A stretch of 64,000 bases of DNA, taken from Salpingoeca rosetta (taxonomy: Eukaryota; Protista; Choanoflagellata). Each line of letters opens with the position of its first letter. The stretch's first letter is position 1. The notes under the pieces are model-generated. The model saw only the letters and a list, made by a program, of their open reading frames with translations. It ran no database searches and was not told the DNA's origin. This document shows positions 25,640 to 38,061 of the stretch, one piece after another. The stretch spans positions 62,001 to 126,000 of the forward strand of contig JAWQFM010000008.1 in assembly GCA_033442325.1 (NCBI GenBank). Direction: 5' to 3'. A program made the translations under genes and the position numbers.

Positions 25640-26077
25640 CTGTGTGTGTGTGCTGTGTGTGCATGTGTGTGTTGCGTTGTGTGCGTGGGTGTGTACGTTT
25701 TCGAGGAGCAAGCGGATGAGTCGAAGGCTTTCCTGGCCGTATCGATCGGCAAGAATCTGAACAGACGAACGGGAAATACGCGCACATGTGCATGTGAGCG
25801 ATATGGAGAGGAGAACATAACAGGACTGGGATGCACTTTTCAAACATCAACGGCAGATGAAACAATGACCAACGTGATAAAACAAAGGCAGAGAGTGTTC
25901 ACAAACTCAAGGACGAGGGACAACGCACTCGTTCCAGCTGCAGTGACGCAACCAAATGCATGGCGGTCTTCAGATCAAAATAATACAGCCCAGAACGCCC
26001 CGCGTGAAACATCCCTGAACCTTCCGCAACCAACAGCTTCAGCCACTAGTTTCGGCGCATGCGTGAGTGTGTGTGTG

Positions 26078-26111
<34 letters not shown>

Positions 26112-26152
26112 TGTGTGAGACTGTGTGTGTGTGTTTGTGTGTGTGTGAGTGT

Positions 26153-26189
<37 letters not shown>

Positions 26190-27090
26190 TGTGTGTGAGT
26201 GTGTGTGAGTGTGTGTGAACGTGGGTGTGCGTGGGTGTGGGTGTGTGTGACGAGTCGACTGTGATCGCACTTGCAAGCACACTGGCACCAGCCCTGACAC
26301 GGAGCACCACCACCACTGCCACCAGCTCTGTACCTTCTCTGTGAGGTCGGGAGTCAAACCACTTCCTGACGGCAACTGCCGGTGCACCTGTCATGTGCAC
26401 ACACACACACACGTACGCGCATCCAATTACAACGACGAGGAGCGCATGTGAGCAGCAATGTGATGTGCGCCTCCCAACATGCCATTCGTTGCTCAACCCC
26501 ACGCATGCACACGTGCGTGCAAATGACTACACACATGCACACACACATGCACACACACATGCACACACACATGCACACACATGCACACACATGCACACAC
26601 ATGCACACACATGCACACGTATATGCGCGTGTTTGACGGACCGTAATATGGGCGAGGGCGACGGGGACATCGCGATCGTTGCCCAGCTCCTGATGAAGAT
26701 TACTGAACATCAGCACCTGCATGCAAGCACGTGCATGCAAGCACGTGCATGCAAGCAAATCCAGGTCCAGCGCAGTGATGTTGAGTCAACAAGCTTCATG
26801 ATGCCGGAGAGGAGAGGAGAGGGCGTTTTTGAGATGCATGGGTGTGCACATATATGTGTGCACACTTTAGATGAGAATTGTTGAGGCCATCAACCGTTCA
26901 GGTCCGTCTCACCTTCGCAACAGCGGCCGCCTCCTCACCGAGCGACGAAGCAATGATCCGCAAACACTCCTGTACATACACAAACACATGCACACGCATG
27001 CACGGGTGTTGATCAGCAAGATGCGAGATAGCGCAACCGTGAGGTGCTGCAATGGCCCCGTGTGCGGGCCATCGAGTAAACCAACGTCAT

Positions 27091-27149
<59 letters not shown>

Positions 27150-28953
27150 ACACACACACTTCTCTCACTTACGCACTTACACTCTCTTCAGCCGCTGCAC
27201 ACACACACACACAGACTCAATCACGATCCCATAGTGGGGGCCTACCCGACAAGGAGAGGCGGTGAAATCGAAACTAAGTTGACGGNNNNNNNNNNNNNNN
27301 NNNNNNNNNNNNNNNNNNNNNNNNNNNNNNNNNNNNNNNNNNNNNNNNNNNNNNNNNNNNNNNNNNNNNNNNNNNNNNNNNNNNNNNNNNNNNNNNNNNN
27401 NNNNNNNNNNNNNNNNNNNNNNNNNNNNNNNNNNNNNNNNNNNNNNNNNNNNNNNNNNNNNNNNNNNNNNNNNNNNNNNNNNNNNNNNNNNNNNNNNNNN
27501 NNNNNNNNNNNNNNNNNNNNNNNNNNNNNNNNNNNNNNNNNNNNNNNNNNNNNNNNNNNNNNNNNNNNNNNNNNNNNNNNNNNNNNNNNNNNNNNNNNNN
27601 NNNNNNNNNNNNNNNNNNNNNNNNNNNNNNNNNNNNNNNNNNNNNNNNNNNNNNNNNNNNNNNNNNNNNNNNNNNNNNNNNNNNNNNNNNNNNNNNNNNN
27701 NNNNNNNNNNNNNNNNNNNNNNNNNNNNNNNNNNNNNNNNNNNNNNNNNNNNNNNNNNNNNNNNNNNNNNNNNNNNNNNNNNNNNNNNNNNNNNNNNNNN
27801 NNNNNNNNNNNNNNNNNNNNNNNNNNNNNNNNNNNNNNNNNNNNNNNNNNNNNNNNNNNNNNNNNNNNNNNNNNNNNNNNNNNNNNNNNNNNNNNNNNNN
27901 NNNNNNNNNNNNNNNNNNNNNNNNNNNNNNNNNNNNNNNNNNNNNNNNNNNNNNNNNNNNNNNNNNNNNNNNNNNNNNNNNNNNNNNNNNNNNNNNNNNN
28001 NNNNNNNNNNNNNNNNNNNNNNNNNNNNNNNNNNNNNNNNNNNNNNNNNNNNNNNNNNNNNNNNNNNNNNNNNNNNNNNNNNNNNNNNNNNNNNNNNNNN
28101 NNNNNNNNNNNNNNNNNNNNNNNNNNNNNNNNNNNNNNNNNNNNNNNNNNNNNNNNNNNNNNNNNNNNNNNNNNNNNNNNNNNNNNNNNNNNNNNNNNNN
28201 NNNNNNNNNNNNNNNNNNNNNNNNNNNNNNNNNNNNNNNNNNNNNNNNNNNNNNNNNNNNNNNNNCACGCGTCCAAAACAGACGCACGCGTGCACACGCC
28301 ACACCCGCACGCACGCAGGCGCAATTGAACATACACACCAAGTCGAAATGGTGCCGTGCAAGAGAACTGTTTCAAGCACGAGCTGTTCCATGTCGCCGTA
28401 TTGCTCGTTGACAATGTGGCACATGGCAGGGAAGCGATTGCGGAGGAGTGCCGTCTGTGTGAATGTGGTGGGAAATCAGGTGGGAGAGTGTCGGCGCAAT
28501 ATGAGCGGAAGCTGTTTGCATTTGAGCCGATCGCCTTGTACGCCTTGTACAGGCAGCAAGGCTCCAGCAGTAAGCAGAATGGGCGCGGTGGAAAGCGTGG
28601 ATGCTGAACGAAGGTGGTGTGCACGTGCACCTGTGTGTTGATAGTGTAGAAGATACGCCGTGTCTCCGTGTACGAGAGGAGGTGGTGCTGCCTCAACACA
28701 AGCAAGCTCTTTCGGACTTGCTCAGGGCTGAGCTCTGTCAAGCGCACCAAGGTCTGCATGGTACATGAGCACTTGAACAAGACCTTGGCCACCTACGATT
28801 CAGATAGAGGCGGACGACAGTGTGAGTGAGTGAGTGAGTGAGTGAGTGAGTGAGTGAGTGGTAGGGGGACGGAGGGAGGGGACACAGAGAGGTGGCAGAG
28901 GGGACACAGAGAGGGGGGCGGAGGGGACACAGAGAGGGGGGCGGAGGGGACAC

Positions 28954-29010
<57 letters not shown>

Positions 29011-29307
29011 GACAGAGACAGAGACAGATAGACAGACGGACACAGAGCAAAAGGAGTGTCACAATGTCACAATGTCACAATGGCACAATGCACAAGGCAT
29101 CTTGTCTCTTGTCAGTGGACGATTGCAGAGCCTTCTGCACATCAAAACACTCTCCCTCCACCCCACTCCAAACCACATTCGCATCCACACACATACGCGC
29201 ACGCATACAGACAGAGGGACATCCAACCAAGAGCGTACCTTTGCCACGAGCGGCCCAAAGTCTTCCTCGAGGATGGCCAGTGCACACTCACGCGCCACCT
29301 CCATCAT
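24490..29307 (-). CDS. POLR3C: RNA polymerase III subunit RPC3/RPC62, multi-exon, interrupted by a gap, 3' end uncertain
   Basis: Exons [23 protein letters not shown] | [39 protein letters not shown] | [28 protein letters not shown] match the RPC62 N-terminal HTH repeats. C-terminal exons [32 protein letters not shown] and [17 protein letters not shown] match the RPC62 pattern EIPKTxDxAPSRTxYLY. Confidence 0.85.
27286..28265. other. Assembly gap within POLR3C
   Basis: Run of N. Confidence 1.
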
Positions 29308-29524
29308 CTCTATTGCTGTTGATGCTGGTTACACGAGTGAACACTGAATTCAGTTTATGGAAAGGACAGCACAGAGCACACACAATTTCCACAGCAAGTT
29401 GTTGGTCGCTACCAACCAGTGTTTTCAACAACGGGTCTTTGGTTGAATGTCACTGTTCGTAACAAGCAAGCAAGCAAGTGTCACAGCTTTCCCATGCACG
29501 CGTGTGCACGAACACATGCATGCC

Positions 29525-29586
29525 TTTGTCTTGTCTTGCCTTGCCTTGCCTTGCCTTGCCTTGCCTTGTCTTGCCTTGCCTTGCTT
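29525..29586. repeat. (CTTGC)n pentanucleotide microsatellite in the divergent POLR3C/mucin intergenic region
   Basis: ttgccttgccttgcc... tract visible. Confidence 0.85.
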
Positions 29587-30206
29587 GTGGGCATGTTTCA
29601 CAATGGTACGACTGGTCACTCGCTTCCCCAACCCCACTCCCACGCACACATACACACACGCACACAAACTCACTCACTCACTCACTACTCACTCACACAC
29701 ACACACACACACACACACACATCCCCACCTCCAGGCACGCACCGACTGGACATTGCTGACGGCCTCACACAACGACGTCACATCATGTCACGCACACACA
29801 CACACACACTTGCTCTCTCACACACGTGAACACACGCCGCTCTCACGCACGCCAGCACGAACATGCACATGGCACATGTGCACGTACCCTCTCTCCCTCG
29901 CCCTCACTCGCCTGCGCGCTGTGTGCTTCGTCGCCGCTGCACCCCTGAGCGAGCCGGCTGCAGCGCAGCGCTCTCGCCCTATTTGTGAAGGTCGAGGTGA
30001 TGGCGAGTTCATTTTCATCTGCACCCAGCATTGCGACTCACCACCAGACCTCAAGAGGAAACGCCAAGCACCTCCCAAGCCCAGGACCAGGCCCACACAC
30101 TGTGCGTGACCTTCACCGCAACTGACCACCTCCTCGTCTTTGAGCGAGCGTTCCTCGGTTCCCCGCGCACACCTCTTCGCACACCTCTTCGCGCACGACC
30201 GACAAG

Positions 30207-31427
30207 ATGCGGCTGCACGCGTTCGCTGTCGCCGCCGCGTGCCTGATGCTCTTGCACGCAACGGCTGCCCTTGAATCAACCGATGCACCGGCGTATCCAT
30301 CGTACACCACAACGAAGAAAGCCTACACCACAACAACGGAGGCACCCGCTTACACGACAACCAAGGCCTACACCACCACGACGGAAGCACCTGCCTACAC
30401 AACCACAAAGGCCTACACCACCACGACGGAAGCACCTGCCTACACAACCACAAAGGCCTACACCACCACGACGGAGGCACCTGCCTACACAACGACCAAG
30501 GCCTACACCACAACAACGGAGGCGCCGTCCTACACCACGGAGAAGAACCCATATGCTCCCAAGACCACGACCGAGGCCCCGTCCTACACCACCACAAAGG
30601 CATACACCACAACCACGGAGGCACCGTCCTACACCACCACCACCACCACCAAGGCATACACGACCAAGCCTCCCGCCTACACCACGGAAGCGCCCGTCTA
30701 CACCACGGAGGCCCCAGCTTACACGACACAGCCACCTGCATACACCACCCAGTCTCCACAGTACACCACCCAGCCTCCTCAGTACACCACCCAGCCTCCA
30801 GCTTACACCACCCAGCCCCCGCAGTACACCACCCAGCCCCCGCAGTACACCACCCAGCCCCCGCAGTACACCACCCAGCCCCCGCAGTACACCACCCAGC
30901 CACCACAGTACACCACCCAGCCACCGGCCTACACCACCCAGCCCCCGCAGTACACCACCCAGCATCCCGCTTACACCACGCGGCCCGCCTACCCTGTCTA
31001 CACGACCCAACCACCCGCATACACGACACAGCCACCCCAGTACACGACACAGCCACCCGCATACACCACCCAGCCTCCGCAGTACACCACCCAGCCTCCG
31101 CAGTACACCACCCAGCCTCCGCAGTACACCACGCAGCCACCTGTCTACACCACCCAGCCACCTGTGTACACCACTCAGCCCCCCAAGTACACCACGCAGC
31201 CACCTGCCTACACGACGACCACCAAGTGCAACAACGCCTACGGCGGCTGCGATGACGTGGCGCAGGGCGATCCCAGCGGCAACACGGACTCGTCCAGCTC
31301 CGGCGCCAACGGATCTGGCCTCTCCGCCGGTGCCATTGCAGGCATCGTTGTTGGCGCGCTGCTGCTTGTCGGCGTTGTTGTTGGCGGCGCCTTCTACGCC
31401 AAGAAGAAGGCCGACGCGTCCAACTAA
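30207..31427 (+). CDS. Intronless 406-aa mucin/extensin-like type I membrane protein with PAYTTTKAYTTTTEA and YTTQPP(Q/A) repeats
   Basis: Signal peptide MRLHAFAVAAACLMLLHATAA. About 5-6 15-mer repeats, then more than 20 heptads. The repeats differ mostly at synonymous positions, which indicates protein-level selection. Cys pair KCNNAYGGC, TM GLSAGAIAGIVVGALLLVGVVVGGAFY, tail AKKKADASN*. Confidence 0.92.
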   Translation: MRLHAFAVAAACLMLLHATAALESTDAPAYPSYTTTKKAYTTTTEAPAYTTTKAYTTTTEAPAYTTTKAYTTTTEAPAYTTTKAYTTTTEAPAYTTTKAYTTTTEAPSYTTEKNPYAPKTTTEAPSYTTTKAYTTTTEAPSYTTTTTTKAYTTKPPAYTTEAPVYTTEAPAYTTQPPAYTTQSPQYTTQPPQYTTQPPAYTTQPPQYTTQPPQYTTQPPQYTTQPPQYTTQPPQYTTQPPAYTTQPPQYTTQHPAYTTRPAYPVYTTQPPAYTTQPPQYTTQPPAYTTQPPQYTTQPPQYTTQPPQYTTQPPVYTTQPPVYTTQPPKYTTQPPAYTTTTKCNNAYGGCDDVAQGDPSGNTDSSSSGANGSGLSAGAIAGIVVGALLLVGVVVGGAFYAKKKADASN

Positions 31428-31778
31428 ACCACGTCCCCACGTGGCTTCTCCGCTGATGAGGCACCAACCACAACCCCAACCCCATGTCCTTTCATTGTCT
31501 CGTCTTGGTTTCGTTCCTATGCACGTCAGCCAGTGTGCTTTGTCCGTTGTGTAATCACATCATCACGTCACTGTTGTACTGTCACTGTACCCCTACCAAA
31601 CCGCCTCCGACGGCGGACAATGTCACTTATGTAAATACACAACACCCCAAGCAACACGACGTAATGCACTGTAACCGCAACACGCAAGACAGAGATCGAG
31701 AGATGGTGACTGAGAGGGAGTGGGAGTGTATGTGAGTGAGTGAGAGGAAGAAAGATCGATGTAGTTGAATGATGTCGA

Positions 31779-31837
<59 letters not shown>

Positions 31838-32261
31838 GCACGCACGCACAGGCTGAAATTCAGTGCGGGAACAACGACCTCTTGTTCAGTGACAATGACG
31901 ACGACGACCTATTGTGCCCGTGCATGCATTCATCTTCCACTCTACTGAAGACCCGCTGAAGCAAGCGCCAGCCGCCATGTGAAGAATGGCGAAAGCGACG
32001 CCAGCCGCCAGTGTCACCTGCTAGTGTCACCCGCCCACGTCACGGACACGACCATGGATGGAAGAAGGAAGACCCAAGTAAGCAGTGGCATATTGTTCTT
32101 CACCCTAATGTCTGCGCTTCTGCGCGCCCAGCTGTAAGCAAGCAAGGCGAGCGAGCGGTTCATGCTTCTTCCTTGCCTGTGACGCCGCGTAGCCCATGCT
32201 CTCTGTTCATGGCGTTGCGTGAGGTTGCTCTGACATCCATCCATCCATCATTTGACTTGTC

Positions 32262-32509
32262 GACAGACACCCTCGACGTGTCGACACAACCCCACAAACA
32301 CCCTCGACACACACACCCTCGACACACCCTCGATACAGACACCCTCGACGTGTCGACACAACCCCACAAACACCCTCGACACACACACCCTCGACACACC
32401 CTCGATACAGACACCCTCGACGTGTCGACACAACCCCACAAACACCCTCGACACACACACCCTCGACACACACACCCTCGACACACACACCCTCGACACA
32501 CACACCCTC

Positions 32510-32580
<71 letters not shown>
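32262..32580. repeat. 72-bp tandem repeat (about 3 copies) built from ccctcgacaca sub-units and decaying into (CA)n
   Basis: gacaccctcgacgtgtcgacacaaccccacaaacaccctcgac recurs at about 32265, 32338 and 32410. Confidence 0.9.
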
Positions 32581-32582
<2 letters not shown>

Positions 32583-32743
32583 CAACAACAACAACGCACG
32601 ACCACACGATCTCTGGCACCGAACCAACCGCGCCTCGTCCCTCCCCCGTCCCCCCCCCCCCGCCCCAACTTCCACCAGCCACCCACCACCAACAGAGCGG
32701 TGCAGATCGCACTGACGGCTGCGGTTGACTGGCGCAGCTGGCA

Positions 32744-35174
32744 ATGCCAGCCACCTCCCGACCCAGCAGCAGCAGTAAACGTCGCATCAGCAATCCCAAC
32801 CGCCCACCCCAGCATTGCAGCGCCAACAAGCTCCACCGCACACACACCAACCGCTTCTGGTGGAGTCCGCAACGCCTTCTCACCGTCATGACAGCTGCAA
32901 CCTCTATCATCGTACTGAAGCCGCAACACGTGGCATCGCCAGCACAGGACATGCGCCTGTGCCAGTGGGAGCCTTGTCCTCAATTCTGCCTCGACCGCAA
33001 CACATACCTCACACACTGGGATTCAGGCGCGCGCGAGTGCACTCTGCCGCCAGGCGCAGCAGGCGAGCTCACCGCAACCCCTGCCACATCGACACTCACG
33101 TCAAGCGACACCATCAGCACCTTGGCGCCGCTCGCGGCCTCGGCCAACAACACTATCCTCGCCAACCACACGCCCATGTTCGAGGGGACGTCCTCCGACA
33201 ACAACTTCAGTATCCCCGTTGGCAGGGCCGCCACGGCTGGCCTGGCTGCATCCGCGGTTGTTCTCCTCTGCTGTTGTTGTTGTATCTGCTCTGCTGTCGG
33301 TATCAGGCGCTTCCTGGACTGCTGTTGTTGCTGGCGTCGCCGTCACCACGACCGCCACCGCTACGGCCAACCCTTGGCCCCCTACCCGTACGCACCCAAC
33401 GTCGTTCCCGCGCCAGCATACGTGATGCAGGGTGGCATCCCCATGGCGTATCCTGAACACGGCCGCCGCCGCCGCCGCCGCCAACGCAGATTCGCCTTCT
33501 ATGGCGATGGTGATGTCGATGATGTCGACGACTGGGACGACGAAGATGATGGCGGTCGTCGTGGTGGTCGTCAGCGACAACAACAGCGGCAAAGGCGGCG
33601 CGGGCGCAGGCGTGGGCGTGATGGTGATGGTGATGACAGGCGACGGCAACGACGAGATGAGGATGATGATAATGATGATGATGATGATGATGATGATGGT
33701 GACAGACACGGCGACAGCAAGCATAGAGGTGATGGTGTCGATGACGATGGTGGCAGCAGCAGTGCCCGTGGTCGCAGAAGGAAAAGGAGGTTTCAGCTGC
33801 GCCGTCTGCGTGGTCATGCTGATGGCACCAACAGGCATGATGATGAGGGTGGTGATCAGCTTGGTGGCAATGTGGGCCTCCGTGTCGACGACGGTGACAG
33901 CCCACGCAGCCACCGCTCATCTCTCCTCTCCATTGAATTGGCTGCTCACGACCTGCCCCTCACTGACTGCAGCAACGGCGCCAGCAGCGATGATGACGGC
34001 GACCGTGGTGGTCATGACGACACTGAAGACGCCAATGCTATACATGGCACCCGAGCTGGCGACGGCATGTACCGAGTGTCGGCGCTAATGAATACAGAGA
34101 ATCTCGACATGCGAGGCGTGACACCAGAGGACGATGAAGACTGGACATCAGTGTCACCGCACTACGTTCCACCGGGCACGACTGCCGAAATCGCTCCTGC
34201 CCCGTCATCCTCCCTGTTTTCGCACCACGACCAGCTCGCCCCCGGGCATGTGCAGGAGCCACGACGGAACTACCACCAACAGCACCCGCACCCCGTATCC
34301 ACGGCAGCATCGCCAACGGAGTCACCGCCGTCATCGCCACATCTGGCAGGCGCACCCTACGTAACACTGAAGAAGCACCCGTCATCTCCACCCCCAACAG
34401 CAACAGCACCGCCATTGCCATCAGCACCACCGGCAACATTCGCAACAGCATCGTCAGCAACAGCGCAAGCAGAAGCAGCAGCAAGGCACGCCCAGCAGTT
34501 GCTACACAAGCCTGGCCGGCAGCCAAAGATTACAAGCAGCATGAGCGACACCCACGCCACACGCGCTGCCGTCGTCCGTAACGGCGGGCATGAAGAAACC
34601 CACACCACGCAACGTGGTGAGCAGTGGGGTGCGACGCATCTACAAAGGAGTGAGAGTGTCTGCAGTCCCCCGCAGGCCACACGCTCACCCCACCGCGACC
34701 ATCACAGAGCGCAGGCACGTGCTGCAGAGGAAGAACGGCGACAGCGCGGTTTCAGTGTGAGGGAAGATGAGGAGAATGTCATTGGTGGTCGTGGAGGCGA
34801 TGCTGGTGAGAGCAGCTGCGGCGACAGCACATTCGGCGTGCATGGGTCGCCCGCGCGCGTGGTCCGGACAATGGAGTGGAGCGAGCCGCCAGTGCTGGTG
34901 TGGGACCTGCGCAACAAGGGCGGTGACCGGGCGGCGGAGGTGCAGCAGGTGCGCGAATTCAACCGCAGATACCCGGGACGTGGTGTTCGAGATGGTGGCG
35001 ATGTGATGGTGACAAGCGATGATGACAGATCAGTATCATTGCAGAATTCGGTGGGGTCGGGCGCAGGATACAGCCGTGATGGCGTTGGTGGTCGCGTTGA
35101 CGGCCATGCTGACGTCATATCATCGAGTGACAGCGACCAGTGGGACACATGCGCAACCACTGCCACTGCTCGCC

Positions 35175-35247
<73 letters not shown>

Positions 35248-35911
35248 CCAACAGCAGCAGCAGCAGCAGCAGCAGTCCTCATCAGCAGATTCATCGCAGA
35301 CGTCACTGTACCTGTCTTCGTGCGCATCCTCACCCATCATGGCTACACAGTCAGCACCGGCAGTCTCGAGCAACATTGCAGCTGCACTTGGCGCAGATCG
35401 CTGGTCACACCGCGTCAACCCACGTGTCCCGCCACGCATGCGCCACGCCAGCGACGATTGGGATGAGGAGTATGGAGACGATGACGATTACGATGGCGAG
35501 TATGATGGGTATGCTTACAGTGAAGAGTATGATGGGTACGAGGACGAGGAGCATGAAGGTGAAGGCGATTGTGACCACAGCTACGAGGACGAGGAGGACG
35601 AGGAGTACGATGAGCAGGACTACGATGAGCGTGGTGGGCTGCCTGAATTCTCCTCGGCCCTGTCCGTGCAACGCGTTGGTCGCCGTATGGCACAACCACG
35701 CCCACGCAGGCACAGCCGCAACCACAGCAACAGCATCGGCAGCAGCACGAGTGCACGACGCCGTGGTGGTGGTGGTGGTGGTGGTGAGAAGAGGGGTGGT
35801 GGGGGCTTTGGTGTGCAGGGGAGAGGCGAGCACGGCGCGAGAGACGTGGTGTTTCTGGATATGAGCGCAGCAGTGGAGGGTGATGCCGGCGCTGCTGAAT
35901 CGAACGCATGA
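32744..35911 (+). CDS. Intronless ~1055-aa single-pass membrane protein: small Cys ectodomain, Cys-rich TM/juxtamembrane region, PY-like motifs, very long disordered tail
   Basis: 3.2-kb stop-free ORF. Contains LCQWEPCPQFC...EC, a Ser/Thr stalk, GLAASAVVLLCCCCCICSAVGIRRFLDCCCCWRRR and LAPYPYAPNVVPAPAY, plus Asp/Arg blocks, poly-Q and a Tyr/acidic block. Start codon uncertain. Confidence 0.7.
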
Positions 35912-36197
35912 GAATATCTCGCGACATTCGGGCATGTTGTTCCTTCCCTCTTTCATGCGTTCACTGATTGCGTTGCATGGGCGTTAGGATGACTTGCACT
36001 GGCTCGTGTGTTTGTTTCAATTGTTGTGTTTAAACTGTACATGATGGACTGAAAAAGAGAAGAAACGGCCTCTTGCATGGATACAAAATCGACGACACAC
36101 ACGCACAAGCACATACCCCAACCGCCATCACTAGCCAGCCACCACACAACTGATCACCATCACAGCACATGTCCACCAACGCCTGACCCTCCCCCCA

Positions 36198-37758
36198 TCA
36201 GTGTACGCCCCACACCTCCTCAAACGCGTCTGTAAGCTTCGCACACACCCCTGCCGCAGACATGGCGTATCCAGACACGGCAACAGCATCGTCTGCCCAC
36301 TCGGGCTCCACGGCGCCGTGGGCAACAGCGCCGACGATGAAGCAGATGGGCTTGTCGGGGGCACGCTCCTCGGCAAACTTGCGCAGCCGCACGAGCTTCT
36401 TGCTGGAATACGACGTGCCTGGTGGCCAGATGGTGACGAGAGAAAGGAGTTGTGAGGAGAGGTGCATGTATGATGCTGTGCGGGTGCGGCTGTGGCTGTG
36501 GGTGTGGGTGTGGCTGCGGGTGTGGCTGCGGGTGTGGCTGCGGGTGTGGGTGTTGGCAGCAACAAGATGCAGACAACGACGCACACGAGCACATGCTCTC
36601 ACACTCACACGCACACATTAACATGCACATACACGCACGCACGCACACATGCACGCACACACGCACGCACACACGCACGCACACATTAACACTCACGCAC
36701 GCACACACGCACACACGCACGCACACAGCCGTGCTCACAGATTTTGTGGCAGCCCGTGGGCAAGTGGTCTGTGATTGGGTTCTTGATGACTTTCAGGAGC
36801 TTCAGGGGCGACCCCTTGGCGGAGATGCTCAGATCATGCAGCAGTTGCACTGTACAGTTACCACACAAAGGAGAGCAAACCAAATCACACGTGTCAGCTT
36901 TATGTTTGGGACACAGAGTGCACTGCTCTACAATGTCGGCAGCGACACTTGCAGTGATTTGCCACAATTACGTGCGCGTGGCCGTTCAGGCCCAGAACAC
37001 GGAATCAGCACGTACCCATGAGACCGCAGAAGCGGCTGAAGACACGAGGGATACGTGTTTGGGGATGCACTTCAATCAACACGTTTCGCGCTGTGTGGAT
37101 GTACACTTGCAGCAGGCCGGCCTTGTTCAATGGGCTATCCAGCAGCATCAGGAGGCACTGACCAGCACCAGCACACACACACACAACACACGTGAGCAAA
37201 ATACGTGCATGATATGAGGTCCTTGTGAGCAATGCACCAATGCGAGAGGCTGCTGTTAGCTCACCTGGTGTGTAATGTCAGGTCGGATGTTCTTGCTGTC
37301 GCGGTTTTGCTTCCTAATGATAGAGGCGTGATCTGAAGAGTTGAGCAACTGATATGACTTGCCAACCTGCGTGCGTGTGCGTGTGTGCGTGTGCGTGTGT
37401 GCGTGTGTGTGTATGTGTGTGTGTGTGTGAGAGAGAGAGAGTGTGTGTGTGTGTGTGTGTTGTGAGGCGACGCACGTTGACGCAACAAAGAGAGGGTGTG
37501 GAGACGCGAAATCAAACATGCACATCAACACACGCACAAACACGCACATCAACACACACACACTCTCTCTCTCTCTCACATGGCACATCACAGCTCACAA
37601 GCAACCGATGTCCTGCGCGATCTCACCTTGACCGATTCCAGCGAGGCGCCTTCCAGCACGACCACCAAGCGCTTGGCGCTGTCCTTCTCATGCAGGGTCT
37701 TTGGCAACTTTGGAGGGCGGTAGCTCTCCTCCTCCTCGTCTCCAACACGCCTCGACAT
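36198..37758 (-). CDS. EMG1: EMG1/NEP1 18S rRNA pseudouridine N1-methyltransferase (SPOUT family), 5 exons
   Basis: Spliced protein [20 protein letters not shown]...[16 protein letters not shown]|[13 protein letters not shown]...RPDITHQ|[38 protein letters not shown]...|VQLLHDLSI...[15 protein letters not shown]|...IVGAVAHG...[20 protein letters not shown] carries the diagnostic EMG1 motifs. Confidence 0.97.
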
Positions 37759-37761
37759 TGT

Positions 37762-37828
<67 letters not shown>

Positions 37829-38061
37829 TGTGTGTGTGTGTGTGTGTGTCTGTGTGTGTGTCTGTGTGTGTGGTTGCTTGCTTGTTGTGCAGGACACGTG
37901 GGTTGCGGAAAAGTATATCATAACTTCAGTTGCTTTTCTGCATTGCAGGTTGAACGGCCTCAACCGACAAAGACAAACGCGCGAAAAACACATCACATCA
38001 ACCAACAGCCGCAACCACCACAACAACCACATCAACAGCCACATCCACCTCAAGCGCAGAT

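Noticed and set aside
29818-31554. Long overlapping ORFs (555 aa minus-strand GWCT repeats; 427 aa plus-strand PPS repeats)
   Set aside because: These are shadow frames of the mucin repeat. Only the 30207-31427 frame has a signal peptide, a TM and synonymous-site variation.
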